From assembly GCA_041479325.1 (NCBI GenBank), contig JBGOXV010000001.1, positions 1-50,542 of the forward strand: a DNA stretch of 50,542 nt. Direction: 5' to 3'. A program made the position numbers and the translations under genes. Under the pieces are notes generated by a model. It was not told the DNA's origin and made no database searches. It saw nothing but the letters and a program-made list of their open reading frames with translations. Below are positions 17,086-26,051 of the stretch, in pieces. How positions within the stretch are numbered: the first letter of the stretch is position 1; each line of letters starts with the position of its first letter. Source of the DNA: Thermoplasmata archaeon. Lineage in GTDB: Archaea > Thermoplasmatota > Thermoplasmata > UBA10834.

Positions 17086-17769
17086 ATGGTTTCGATGGCT
17101 GCTCTGCATGCGCTCACTGCAGAACTGCACGGCGGCATGCTGACTCTCGCGTTCATAGCCATAATGGTAGTGGCACTGTCTCAGATTGCCGTGCGCCTGA
17201 AGAATCGTATGCCCAAGAAGCTCGTGAAGGCGGCGATCCAGGTAAGGGGGTACGCGGAGGCGACGGGATACTTCGCCGCAATCGCAGGCCTGATAGGGCT
17301 GCTACTTTCTGCTTACACGGGAATGTACGCATGGCCGACAGATGTCCTCCTCAACGACCCGGTCATCCAGAACAAGATCCTGCTGACGGCTTTCTCGACC
17401 GCTTTCTGGATCGGAGTCGTGGTCATCAGGACGAGGTTCGGAAGGGGGCTATGGACCTGTCCTGCGATGGCGATGTTATACACTGTGCTCGCGATCGCCG
17501 GATTCGGAATGGTCGGTCTTACTGGGTCCCTTGGCGCACATCTCACTCAGGGAGGCAGCATCCTGGATCCCTTCTGGAGTACCCTGCACATCGATGTCAC
17601 CAAGACCATGAGCCTTGTACCTGTACTCGCGGCGATCGTTGCGATGGCGAGCGTGGTGGCCTTCATCATATCCTTGGCGATCGCGAGGAGATACGAGCTT
17701 TTCGGCGTCCGGCTTGGAGCGGAGACCTGCGAGAGGTACTTCAAGTGGGACGAGCCGAGGATTCCGTGA
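17086..17769 (+). CDS. Five-TM integral membrane protein with conserved-looking His residues (possibly DUF2231/cytochrome-b-like)
   Basis: Its ATG directly abuts the upstream stop (TAAATG). I read five hydrophobic helices. His residues sit in LHALTAELHGG and GSLGAHLTQGG. The functional call is inference only. Confidence 0.55.
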   Translation: MVSMAALHALTAELHGGMLTLAFIAIMVVALSQIAVRLKNRMPKKLVKAAIQVRGYAEATGYFAAIAGLIGLLLSAYTGMYAWPTDVLLNDPVIQNKILLTAFSTAFWIGVVVIRTRFGRGLWTCPAMAMLYTVLAIAGFGMVGLTGSLGAHLTQGGSILDPFWSTLHIDVTKTMSLVPVLAAIVAMASVVAFIISLAIARRYELFGVRLGAETCERYFKWDEPRIP

Positions 17770-17926
17770 AGGGGACACTCCAGGAGTCGAATTAGAGGGA
17801 TGTCATCCTCATGCTCCCATACAAGGCAGACCTAGCGGCAAGCTGACGGATTCTCGACATCACAGCCTTAAGGCAGCTAGCACTGGATGTCGCTCACCCA
17901 AGGGACCTTGGGCCTAGGTGCGGAAA

Positions 17927-18136
17927 ATGGCCATGCGCTTATCAGGGACAAACTGCTGGATCACCACGAAGTGCGCCAAAGACAGTGACGAATACGCCAC
18001 ACACGTGTTCTGCATGAGCAGGCTAAGGGGGCTCAAGTGCCCTCGAGAGGGAAGCGCGGGGACCAAGCCCTACGAGCTGAGCCTTGAGTGCTTCAAAGCC
18101 GTCCAGGTCCCCAAGAAGAAGACGAGGAAGCCTTGA
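17927..18136 (+). CDS. Small Cys-rich basic protein (hypothetical)
   Basis: The 69-aa ORF from ATG 17927 (the track uses GTG 17918) has 5 Cys and a His (NCWITTKC...HVFC...LKCP...LEC), a KKKTRKP tail, and strongly G/C-biased third positions. Confidence 0.4.
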   Translation: MAMRLSGTNCWITTKCAKDSDEYATHVFCMSRLRGLKCPREGSAGTKPYELSLECFKAVQVPKKKTRKP

Positions 18137-18185
18137 ACAATGGACTCACAAAGGATTTCTACCCGCGAACTCTACCTGGGCTAGC

Positions 18186-19154
18186 ATGCCGAACCTGAAC
18201 GCCGCGGTCCTGGGAGCTCCCGAGTATGCAAAAGGGATCGGAAAGTCGTCGACCGCTTCCGACATCACTTTCTACGACGTGAAACAGGGCGAGGTGACCG
18301 TCTCCCTCGTCGAGCCCACGAAGTACCCCGAGAAACTCGCCCCTCTATTCTACTCGACATCGCTCGCGGACGTCGCCATCGTCGTCGTCGACGAGTTGAA
18401 CCCGGCTTTCGGTGAGACCGTGATCATGCTCGACTGCGTGGGCGTGAAGAAGGGGTACTTGGTCCTCAGGAACTACATCGCGCCCGAGCAGATCGCCCCC
18501 TTTACGAAGGGCACCTCCCTGGAGGGATACACAGTGGTGGACGATGATCCCCTCACGCTGAGGGAGACACTACTCTCTGAGGCCAGGAAGTTGATCCCGG
18601 AGGAGCCGAACGCGAAGAATCATGCAGGCTCTGTGCCTGTAGACCACTACTTCGATGTGAAGGGCGTCGGGACTGTCGTCCTGGGATGCGTCGCCGAGGG
18701 GGCGATAAGAAAACACGATTCCGTCAAGGTCCTGCCTTCGGACAAGCAGGCGGAGATAAGATCCATCCAGAAGCACGATGACGATTTCGATTGGGCAGTC
18801 AAAGGGGACCGGGTCGGGTTCGCGCTCAAGGGGGTCTCGATCGAGGAACTCGACCGTGGGACCGTCCTGACGAATAACGGAGCCATCATCTCCCGGAGGA
18901 ACATAACCGGACGCGCAGAGCTGGTCAAGTACTGGACGAAACCCCTGGCCGTGGGTATGGTCGTGCACCTCGGACATTGGATGCAGTTCGAGCCTGCCAG
19001 GATAGAATCCGTGGACGCAGGCAGTGACTGGAAAGCGCCCGTGCTCACGCTCTCTCTCCAGAAGGACCTCGTGTACATCCCAGGCTCGAAGGCCGTGGTC
19101 ACATATCTTGAGGGATCGAAGCTCCGCATAGCTGGGACCATCACACTACAGTGA
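18186..19154 (+). CDS. EF-Tu/SelB-family three-domain protein with degenerate GTPase motifs
   Basis: The start was set at MPNLNAAVLG. A domain-II beta-barrel signature (VPVDHYFDVKGVGTVVLGCVAEGAIRKHDSVKVLP...IRSIQKHDDDFDWAVKGDRVGFALKGV) and a domain III are present. The G1, G3 and G4 positions read GAPEYAKGIGKSS, VEPTKY and LRNY instead of GHVDHGKS, DxPGH and NKxD. Confidence 0.7.
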   Translation: MPNLNAAVLGAPEYAKGIGKSSTASDITFYDVKQGEVTVSLVEPTKYPEKLAPLFYSTSLADVAIVVVDELNPAFGETVIMLDCVGVKKGYLVLRNYIAPEQIAPFTKGTSLEGYTVVDDDPLTLRETLLSEARKLIPEEPNAKNHAGSVPVDHYFDVKGVGTVVLGCVAEGAIRKHDSVKVLPSDKQAEIRSIQKHDDDFDWAVKGDRVGFALKGVSIEELDRGTVLTNNGAIISRRNITGRAELVKYWTKPLAVGMVVHLGHWMQFEPARIESVDAGSDWKAPVLTLSLQKDLVYIPGSKAVVTYLEGSKLRIAGTITLQ

Positions 19155-19379
19155 TACCTCGATTTGTCGCGAGATTCATTCTCGACCGGGTATCGTCCGT
19201 ATTTATTCTGAAGGCACGAACAAACGAGCGAACCCATGGGGCCGTCGGGTGAATGACAGCAACGCATGTCCAGCTCGCAATGTTGAGTGTCCTACACGAA
19301 ATCGATTTATAGCGTACAGTCGTTCAATTCTCGTCCATCTCTGTTCCTGAACGGAACAGGAGAACTGGGAGGAACGAGT

Positions 19380-22300
19380 GTGGGTGAGCCTGCGAATCAT
19401 CGACTCAGGGCTGTGCTGTGTGCCTCAGTGGCGCTCGTCATGGTTCTGACGGTTCTGTCATCGATGCAATCGTCATTCGGGAATAACGAGAAGAGAGGTG
19501 CGGAGAACCTCGCGAACGGGTCCCGGACGTTCAACGTCGGCGCAGTTGATTACATGACAAGCGTAGCGACTTTGAATCCGTTCGTGTCCACAATGTCCGC
19601 GGAGTACGAGACCATATCCCCTTGTTACAGCACGCTACTGACCTATGACGTGAATGCCAACCTCATTGGTGACCTGGCTACATCGTGGAGTCTCGCGCCG
19701 GATAGTCTCACCTGGAACTTCAAGTTGGCTCAGAACGCTCACTTCATTGATCCTGCATCGCCTCTGTCGACGGCCCACCAGGTCACAGCCACGGATCTCA
19801 TGTGGACCCTCTGGGAAGTGAACAACGATACCGGCAACCACCTTTCATCCTACCTCCGAATCGCCGGCGCGGGCGTCATTGCCAAGATGTGGACCGGGAC
19901 TGACCAGTGGGATCTGTATGTCAAAACGAAGACCCCCTATGCTCCGTTTATTGGCGCATTGGCAAAGATCCCAATCGTGCCCGAGTACATCTGGGGCCAT
20001 CTGGTGGGGAGGACACCTCTGACTTATGCAAACCTCCCGCCCATAGGGTCCGGACCGTTCTACTACGGCTCGACGGGGTTGCCGGCTACCGTGGGCATCC
20101 TGAAACGGAATCCGCAGTGGTTCCAGGAGGCAAACAGGGGTTGGCAGATTCACATCGACACGCTTCAGTTCAAGAACGAAGTCAGCGCTGACACAGCCTG
20201 GGCTGATCTGACGGCGAGCCCTCCCCTGATAGATACCTATCTCAATGTCGCTACGGACCAGTTCATTGCACATCTGGTCGACGCCACAACCCCCGGAGTT
20301 ATCGGATGGGCTCAGAGCACGGGTTTCGTCTACGAGTATCAGCTCAACCAACTTGACCCCGCCCGACGCATCTTGTATGAGAACGCGGGGCTGATGAGGA
20401 AGGGCGGGACGAGCAACCCGCTCCTGCTTGACCCGACCGTCAAGCTCGCGATGGCCATGTGCGTGGACAAGCAGGCATTCATCGACCAAGTCCTCAGGGG
20501 ATTCGGCTCCGTTGCGGATTCGCTCGTGCCAGACTGCAACCCGTGGCACTACACCTGTCCGAACCCCGTACAGTTCAACCCGACTGCTGCAAGGACCCTG
20601 TTGAACAACGCTGGCTGGGCCTACGACTCGACCGGCGCATACAATCCAAACGGACCCGCTCCTCTGTATAAGAAGGGAGCTACGAATAACACGGTCTATC
20701 AACCACTCTCCTTCCGCTTGATGAGTCTTAACACGGCCGCGGAGTGGGCAGCTGGCAGCAATCTGCTCGCCCAGTGGGCCGCACTCGGCGGCGTCCAGCT
20801 GAACGTCACTATAATCTGTGTGTGCGTGGCGAACTCGCTCTGGTACGCGGGCGACTATGATACATGGCTGTGGGACTGGGTGTTCACACCGACCTCTGAC
20901 CCGAGCACGGACTGCCTGTTGGTGGACACGACGATGGAAATCGGTTGGTGGAGCGGCTCCTATTGGAGCAACGCGACCTATGACGCGCTGTACAACGCGT
21001 CGCTCGTCGCGACCGACCCGACGACCCGCCGCCAGCTGACGAATCAGATGCAAGCGATGCTCTACGAGGACCACAACGACCAGCTCATCGCGTACGCCAA
21101 GTCCCTCTATGCCGCGAACACCTACTACTGGAATGGGTCGAGCTACGGTGACTGGGCCGCGCACTGGGCGCTGATGCCGGACCAGGGATATCCATGGCTC
21201 TACATGCAATTGTCTCCGACTGACAACCACGCCCCCACCGTGACGACGGTTTATTCGAGCGTCATCGGATTCGAAGGCACGTCGTTTTCTCTATCGGGCT
21301 CGGCTGTCGACGATTCGTCCACGCTGAAGTATCAATGGTACTGGGGAGATGGATCGGTATCGGGGTGGCAGGCGAGCGCGAGCATGTCGCACACATACTC
21401 CACACCTGGATACTTCACGGCCTACCTAGCTGCTCAGGAACAGGGGACGGCCGACGGGTTCATAGGATGGAACCAGACGACGGTAGTTGTTGTTAGCAAC
21501 AACCTGCCACCTGTGTTCGGCAATCCACCGATAATCATGAGCCCTTCGACGGGGATCAACACCGCTACCGTGGTCACCTTCACCGGGCAGGCGGCCGACC
21601 CGGAGGGTGACCCTATCTACTACTATTGGGACTTCGGGGACACCTTCGGGGCCACCGGTCCAGTAGTGACTCACCAGTTCACTTCGGTCGGCAACGGCCC
21701 GTATACGGTGAAGTTGACCATAACCGACAACATACCAGGAGCCCCGCCGCAGGTGGCGACGAAGTTGGTGTCTGTGGCGCTCAACCAAGCGCCGCAGCTG
21801 TCACTCCCGAGCGCCAAGACTGTCCTAATACACACGCTGACGACTTTCACGGCCTCTGCATCAGACCAGGACGGCGACCCAATGAGGTTCACATGGGTTT
21901 GGGGCGACGGGAACACTTTGGTGACTACGACGCCTTCCGCAACGCACTCGTATGCGACGCAGGGCGCGAAGACCCTGGTCCTGTATGCTGACGATCGCAC
22001 GGGACTGACGGGCCACAACGTGAGCGCAACGGAAGCAGTCAATGTGATCAATGGCCCACCGACGCCGCCGTTCGGTGTGACGCTCTCTGCGACCCCGCTC
22101 TCGGTCTGGGCCGGACAGGTCGTGACCTTCACGGGATCCGCTCAGGACCCCGGTGGTGACGCGATGTACTTCAACTACACCTTCGGCGACGGGACCTACA
22201 CTATGGCTGCCAACGGTCCCACGAATCCGAACCAGATCGTGATCAACCAGACCACGCACGCCTACGCGGCCGCGGGTACGATGACGGCGTACATGACCGC

Positions 22301-23144
22301 ATCGGATGGTCTGTCCACCACGAGGTCGAGCAACGTGTTGATCACCGTGACTCTAAACAGCCCGCCGGTTGTGACCCCGCAGACGGCCAAGCAGGCCAAC
22401 GCGGGCGCCTCCGTGTCCTTCTCGGCCACGGCAACCGACGTGGACGGGGACACACTGAGGTACACGTGGGACTTCGGGGACGGCAGCCCGCTGGTGGTGT
22501 CGAGAACCACGACCCACACATACGCGAAGGCAGGGATGTACACCTTCACGGTATACGTCGACGACCTGACCGGTCTCACGGGACACAACGTGACGAGCTC
22601 GGCAACGGCCTCGATCGCGTTCAACCTCTACCTCGTGGCCGGCTGGAACTTCATATCAGTGCCTCTTGCCGGTTACGGATACAAGGCGAGCACGCTCGGC
22701 CTGGCGACTGGTGACGTGATTTCTTCATGGAACTCGACCACCCAATCCTACGACCATACCTACATAAAGGGCATCTCTCCGCCTGTTATGGACTTCCACA
22801 TCGCCCCGAGCGCAGCCTACTGGGTCTGGGTACCTGTCGCGAAGACGCTCCACCTCTATGGAACCGTCCCGACGACCATGCAGACCTTTTCGTTCACCGT
22901 CCCGTCTGGCGGCGGCTGGGTCTCGTTGGGCCTCTTGGGGCTAAAGACCAGGCACGCAAGCGACATCCCCGCGATGTATTCTGGTCCAGGGTCCATCGTA
23001 ATGGCAGCGTACTACAACACGGTCACTCAGAAGTACACCGCCTGGATCTCCGGGGTGCCGACGCTGAACAACTTTGTCCTGGTCCCTGGACTGGGGTTCT
23101 GGTTCTGGGCTACTGCGAGTGGGACAATCTCGTACATGCCCTGA
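19380..23144 (+). CDS. Secreted family-5 solute-binding-protein domain fused to five PKD domains and a shared roughly 175-aa C-terminal domain
   Basis: I prefer the GTG start at 19380, with GGGAGGA 6 nt upstream. The track start is GTG 19287. It has a signal-like LRAVLCASVALVMVLTVLS. The SBP_bac_5-like region shows typical patterns (LLTYD.N..LIGDLATSW...D..TW.FKL, and NPQWF). Five PKD motifs are present: YQWYWGDG, YYWDFGDT, FTWVWGDG, FNYTFGDG and YTWDFGDG. The C-terminal domain spans 22620-23141. Confidence 0.8.
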   Translation: MGEPANHRLRAVLCASVALVMVLTVLSSMQSSFGNNEKRGAENLANGSRTFNVGAVDYMTSVATLNPFVSTMSAEYETISPCYSTLLTYDVNANLIGDLATSWSLAPDSLTWNFKLAQNAHFIDPASPLSTAHQVTATDLMWTLWEVNNDTGNHLSSYLRIAGAGVIAKMWTGTDQWDLYVKTKTPYAPFIGALAKIPIVPEYIWGHLVGRTPLTYANLPPIGSGPFYYGSTGLPATVGILKRNPQWFQEANRGWQIHIDTLQFKNEVSADTAWADLTASPPLIDTYLNVATDQFIAHLVDATTPGVIGWAQSTGFVYEYQLNQLDPARRILYENAGLMRKGGTSNPLLLDPTVKLAMAMCVDKQAFIDQVLRGFGSVADSLVPDCNPWHYTCPNPVQFNPTAARTLLNNAGWAYDSTGAYNPNGPAPLYKKGATNNTVYQPLSFRLMSLNTAAEWAAGSNLLAQWAALGGVQLNVTIICVCVANSLWYAGDYDTWLWDWVFTPTSDPSTDCLLVDTTMEIGWWSGSYWSNATYDALYNASLVATDPTTRRQLTNQMQAMLYEDHNDQLIAYAKSLYAANTYYWNGSSYGDWAAHWALMPDQGYPWLYMQLSPTDNHAPTVTTVYSSVIGFEGTSFSLSGSAVDDSSTLKYQWYWGDGSVSGWQASASMSHTYSTPGYFTAYLAAQEQGTADGFIGWNQTTVVVVSNNLPPVFGNPPIIMSPSTGINTATVVTFTGQAADPEGDPIYYYWDFGDTFGATGPVVTHQFTSVGNGPYTVKLTITDNIPGAPPQVATKLVSVALNQAPQLSLPSAKTVLIHTLTTFTASASDQDGDPMRFTWVWGDGNTLVTTTPSATHSYATQGAKTLVLYADDRTGLTGHNVSATEAVNVINGPPTPPFGVTLSATPLSVWAGQVVTFTGSAQDPGGDAMYFNYTFGDGTYTMAANGPTNPNQIVINQTTHAYAAAGTMTAYMTASDGLSTTRSSNVLITVTLNSPPVVTPQTAKQANAGASVSFSATATDVDGDTLRYTWDFGDGSPLVVSRTTTHTYAKAGMYTFTVYVDDLTGLTGHNVTSSATASIAFNLYLVAGWNFISVPLAGYGYKASTLGLATGDVISSWNSTTQSYDHTYIKGISPPVMDFHIAPSAAYWVWVPVAKTLHLYGTVPTTMQTFSFTVPSGGGWVSLGLLGLKTRHASDIPAMYSGPGSIVMAAYYNTVTQKYTAWISGVPTLNNFVLVPGLGFWFWATASGTISYMP

Positions 23145-23429
23145 TGACCATCAGTTCGATTCCGTCAACATGCATCTTGACGAGAGCATGCGGGTTCAAC
23201 CATCATCTCCTGCGCCCAGCTGTGAGAAGGTCTGAGGAGGAGATTACCGCATCCCTGATCAGCATTTCGAGATCGCATCTCGGGGGGGCTCGAACGGAAC
23301 GCCTCCGATAGTGTCAACCGACGAGGGCCGCCCGAAATCGGTGCGCCTGAGAATGACGGGGACGAGGCCGCATATAAAAGAGAATGAACACTTTTCGGCG
23401 TAGTCAGTATCATTCTAGAAGAAGAACAG

Positions 23430-23440
23430 TTGATATATGA
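23430..23440 (+). promoter_or_regulatory. TATA-like box upstream of the 23472 gene
   Basis: TTGATATATGA lies about 35 nt upstream of the GTG start, followed by a GGGGGG Shine-Dalgarno-like run. The element is conserved in the duplicated copy at 26258-26266. Confidence 0.4.
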
Positions 23441-23471
23441 TAAGTGAGATGCCTGACGGGGGGAAAGTTTA

Positions 23472-26051
23472 GTGCGCAACGCACAGTTTTCTCAAGATGA
23501 TGTAGCGCGTGGCTCAGGACATGTGGATATTCCGCCCGCGAAATCAGCTTCGTCGGGCGAGCCGTGGAAGAAGTTCATGGCCTTCACCGTGGTGTTGATC
23601 ATGGTGGCTGCAGGATTCGTGATACTGGCACCGACTTTGGCACCGAGGCACGCCAAGGCTGTTCCCAGTGATCCTCAGGAGAACCAAGCGAGCATATCGA
23701 TTGGGGGAACTAGGCAGGTCACCTATACGATATCGAGCATGTTCGAATCGTACCAGAAGCAGAACGATTCCACCCATAGCTGGCAGGGAGCCGCTCCAGG
23801 CGTAAACAGCTGGTGGCCCGCAAGACAGGTCACGTATGGTGATGTGGTCGTGCGGAGCGCGTTCCCCTACGTCATAGGATACAACCCCTACGCCTCTGAG
23901 GTGCCAGGCGCAGGTGTGACAATACCCCTGATGAAGTACGGATTGTACACATTCTACAGGACGACCATAGATGCAAAGAGCCTCACCAATATCGGTACGG
24001 GCCCGGGCAAGGAGGCAGTCTTCTTCCCAATATTGTACCCATCGTGGACGACCGGACTGGGACTAGCCGGCGGCTGGATGAACTTCTCCTATTACCTGAC
24101 CTACACCACAGCGGCGGAGGAGACTGCCATCACGAGCGGGACTAGTTGGGCCAACTCCTACTATGGCGTGTCGCCAAACGAGTTCAACTTCCAGGGTGCT
24201 AATGGGGACGACGGCTGGTATATCGAGTTCCAAGGAAAGGCGGACTTCAACATGGCGGCAGCGAAGAAGTTCCTGGGCTTGACCGGGAGCGCGGACCTCA
24301 GGACCCAATTCAACGCCAACAACACGGGCGCGAACCTAGGCAAGATGAACGCTACATTGGCCAATTTCTTGGTCCGCGACGGTAGCAACACTGGGTTCAA
24401 CGACACCTACGCCTCATATGACTTCTCGCTCGACCTCTATCCGTTCACCGTGTGCCTGTCTGTGGATCCAAGCTCCACCGCGACGAAGCTCGTCCTCAGG
24501 ATGTACACGATATGCTGGGGAATCGAGTACCTCATGAACAGGTATTTGGACCGCGTTGGCCTGATGTCGTCTCTTGTCACATCACCCGAGGACTGGTACC
24601 TGAACGGAACAGTCGGGCCAGCTGGCGCCGACATATACTCGAGGTACGTCTCTGTCTACAACCTGATGGCCTGGAAGGACCCTGGGTTCTACAGCCCTTC
24701 GTGGCAAATGGAGGTGGCCCACATGGACTACACGCCTAACACAGGCTCGCACTTGGGGACTGGCGGGAAGTGGCTCTCGAGATACAACCCATACATGCCA
24801 ACGAAGTCGATCAAACCGACCTACATGGCATGGAGCCCGGGAACACTGACCTACGGAACGGGCGTGGCATACTGGTACCCACCGATGAACTGGAACCTAG
24901 CGACTGGGGAGACGCTCAATGTCAAGCTCCCACCTGCGAACGAGGGCGTCCTAGGTTATATGCCATATGCCGGCACTGGTACTCAGGACACACTCACAGC
25001 GGGCAAGATGGATGAGCTTCAGAGCCATACTGTGTGGGGCGAGATTGGCCTAGGAACACTCTATCCCGCGAGCCTGAGGAGCAGCACGAACTACAACCAC
25101 GCCACCAAGACCTTGACCATAACCGGTCCGACGAGCTTCCCGAGGAACCCTAACACGGCGTTCCCACTGCTGAACGCGACCGGATCGCCGAACTTCCAGT
25201 TCGACGTCATGCGAGTCAGCGACTACACGATGGCGATCCAGGAAGCGGGACCATACGTCACGGGACAGACATACCACCTGACGTTGACCGCGAAGAACGT
25301 GTCCGGTGCGACTGTGACAGACTGGAACGGCACGATCGACCTGACGGCGACCACGGGCTCGACGCTTGGAGCGACCTCGCTATGGTTTGGGCCCGGAAGC
25401 AACGGCGTTGTAAGCACGACGGTGACGTTCACGGCGAATGGTGCCAAGACCATAACTGCGACCGACAGGAACAACAGCCTCGATGTGTTCCACAGTGTCC
25501 CGATGATGGTGGGTCCGTTCAGCCTGAACCTGGCGGTCGGCTGGAACTTCGTGGCATTCCCCCTGGTGGGTCAAGGATACAAGGCGAGCACGATCGGTCT
25601 GGCGACTGGTGACATGATCTCTTCATGGGCCCCGGCGACACAGAGGTACGACAAAACGTACATCAAGGGTGTCTCTCCGCCGGTGATGGACTTCGCCATC
25701 GCGCCGAACGTTGGATACTGGGTCTGGGTAGCAGCTGCGAAGACGCTCACCATAAACGGAGTCATCCCGACAACCACGCAGAGCTATGCGTTCACGGTCC
25801 CAGCGACGGGCGGCTGGATAGCACTCGGCTTCGAGTCCATGAAAACGACCATGCACGCGAAGGACGTCCCCACGATGTACTCGGGCTCAGGCGCCATCAC
25901 GATGGTGGCATACTTCAACGCTGCCACTGGGAAGTACGTTTCGTGGATCTCCACGGTGCCGAACCTGAACAACTTCCTGCTGACTCCGGGACAGGCGTAC
26001 TGGTGCTGGGTAACTACGAGCCCAGGCGGTACAGTATCGTACGTGCCGTGA
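23472..26051 (+). CDS. Large secreted protein of unknown function (paralogue A): novel N-terminal region, Ig-like domain, and shared C-terminal domain
   Basis: 859-aa ORF. It has a signal/anchor KKFMAFTVVLIMVAAGFVILAPTLAP with an AKA-V cleavage-like site, and is aromatic- and sequon-rich. The Ig-like segment is YHLTLTAKNVSGATVTDWNGTIDLTATTG...VTFTANGAKTITATD. The C-terminal domain spans 25518-26048. I recognise no family for residues from about 60 to 690. Confidence 0.75.
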   Translation: MRNAQFSQDDVARGSGHVDIPPAKSASSGEPWKKFMAFTVVLIMVAAGFVILAPTLAPRHAKAVPSDPQENQASISIGGTRQVTYTISSMFESYQKQNDSTHSWQGAAPGVNSWWPARQVTYGDVVVRSAFPYVIGYNPYASEVPGAGVTIPLMKYGLYTFYRTTIDAKSLTNIGTGPGKEAVFFPILYPSWTTGLGLAGGWMNFSYYLTYTTAAEETAITSGTSWANSYYGVSPNEFNFQGANGDDGWYIEFQGKADFNMAAAKKFLGLTGSADLRTQFNANNTGANLGKMNATLANFLVRDGSNTGFNDTYASYDFSLDLYPFTVCLSVDPSSTATKLVLRMYTICWGIEYLMNRYLDRVGLMSSLVTSPEDWYLNGTVGPAGADIYSRYVSVYNLMAWKDPGFYSPSWQMEVAHMDYTPNTGSHLGTGGKWLSRYNPYMPTKSIKPTYMAWSPGTLTYGTGVAYWYPPMNWNLATGETLNVKLPPANEGVLGYMPYAGTGTQDTLTAGKMDELQSHTVWGEIGLGTLYPASLRSSTNYNHATKTLTITGPTSFPRNPNTAFPLLNATGSPNFQFDVMRVSDYTMAIQEAGPYVTGQTYHLTLTAKNVSGATVTDWNGTIDLTATTGSTLGATSLWFGPGSNGVVSTTVTFTANGAKTITATDRNNSLDVFHSVPMMVGPFSLNLAVGWNFVAFPLVGQGYKASTIGLATGDMISSWAPATQRYDKTYIKGVSPPVMDFAIAPNVGYWVWVAAAKTLTINGVIPTTTQSYAFTVPATGGWIALGFESMKTTMHAKDVPTMYSGSGAITMVAYFNAATGKYVSWISTVPNLNNFLLTPGQAYWCWVTTSPGGTVSYVP

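Noticed and set aside
17770-17917. 148-bp gap with a CCCAAGG-GA-CCTTGGG palindrome (17898-17913) considered as an ncRNA or terminator
   Set aside because: The hairpin loop is too small, there is no adjacent oligo-T tract, and there is no resemblance to SRP RNA, RNase P RNA or other conserved RNAs that I can recognise by eye.
18186-19154. Interpretation of the EF-Tu-like gene as SelB (selenocysteine-specific elongation factor)
   Set aside because: The GTP-binding motifs are degenerate and the protein lacks the C-terminal extension. I saw no in-frame TGA-containing candidate selenoprotein gene or SECIS-like element in the window.
19845-21230. 461-aa minus-strand ORF inside the SBP-PKD gene
   Set aside because: It is an antisense shadow of a gene with clear SBP and PKD motifs. 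The Arg/Val/Gly/Pro-rich translation has no family resemblance.
23268-23335. GGGGGGCTCGAAC... segment that looked like a tRNA T-arm fragment, possibly an att-site remnant of an element integrated at tRNA-Arg
   Set aside because: I could not fold a T arm or acceptor stem from it, and it does not match the 3' half of the tRNA-Arg at 29057-29130. No integrase, transposase or direct repeat of the tRNA end was seen in the 19.3-29.1 kb block.
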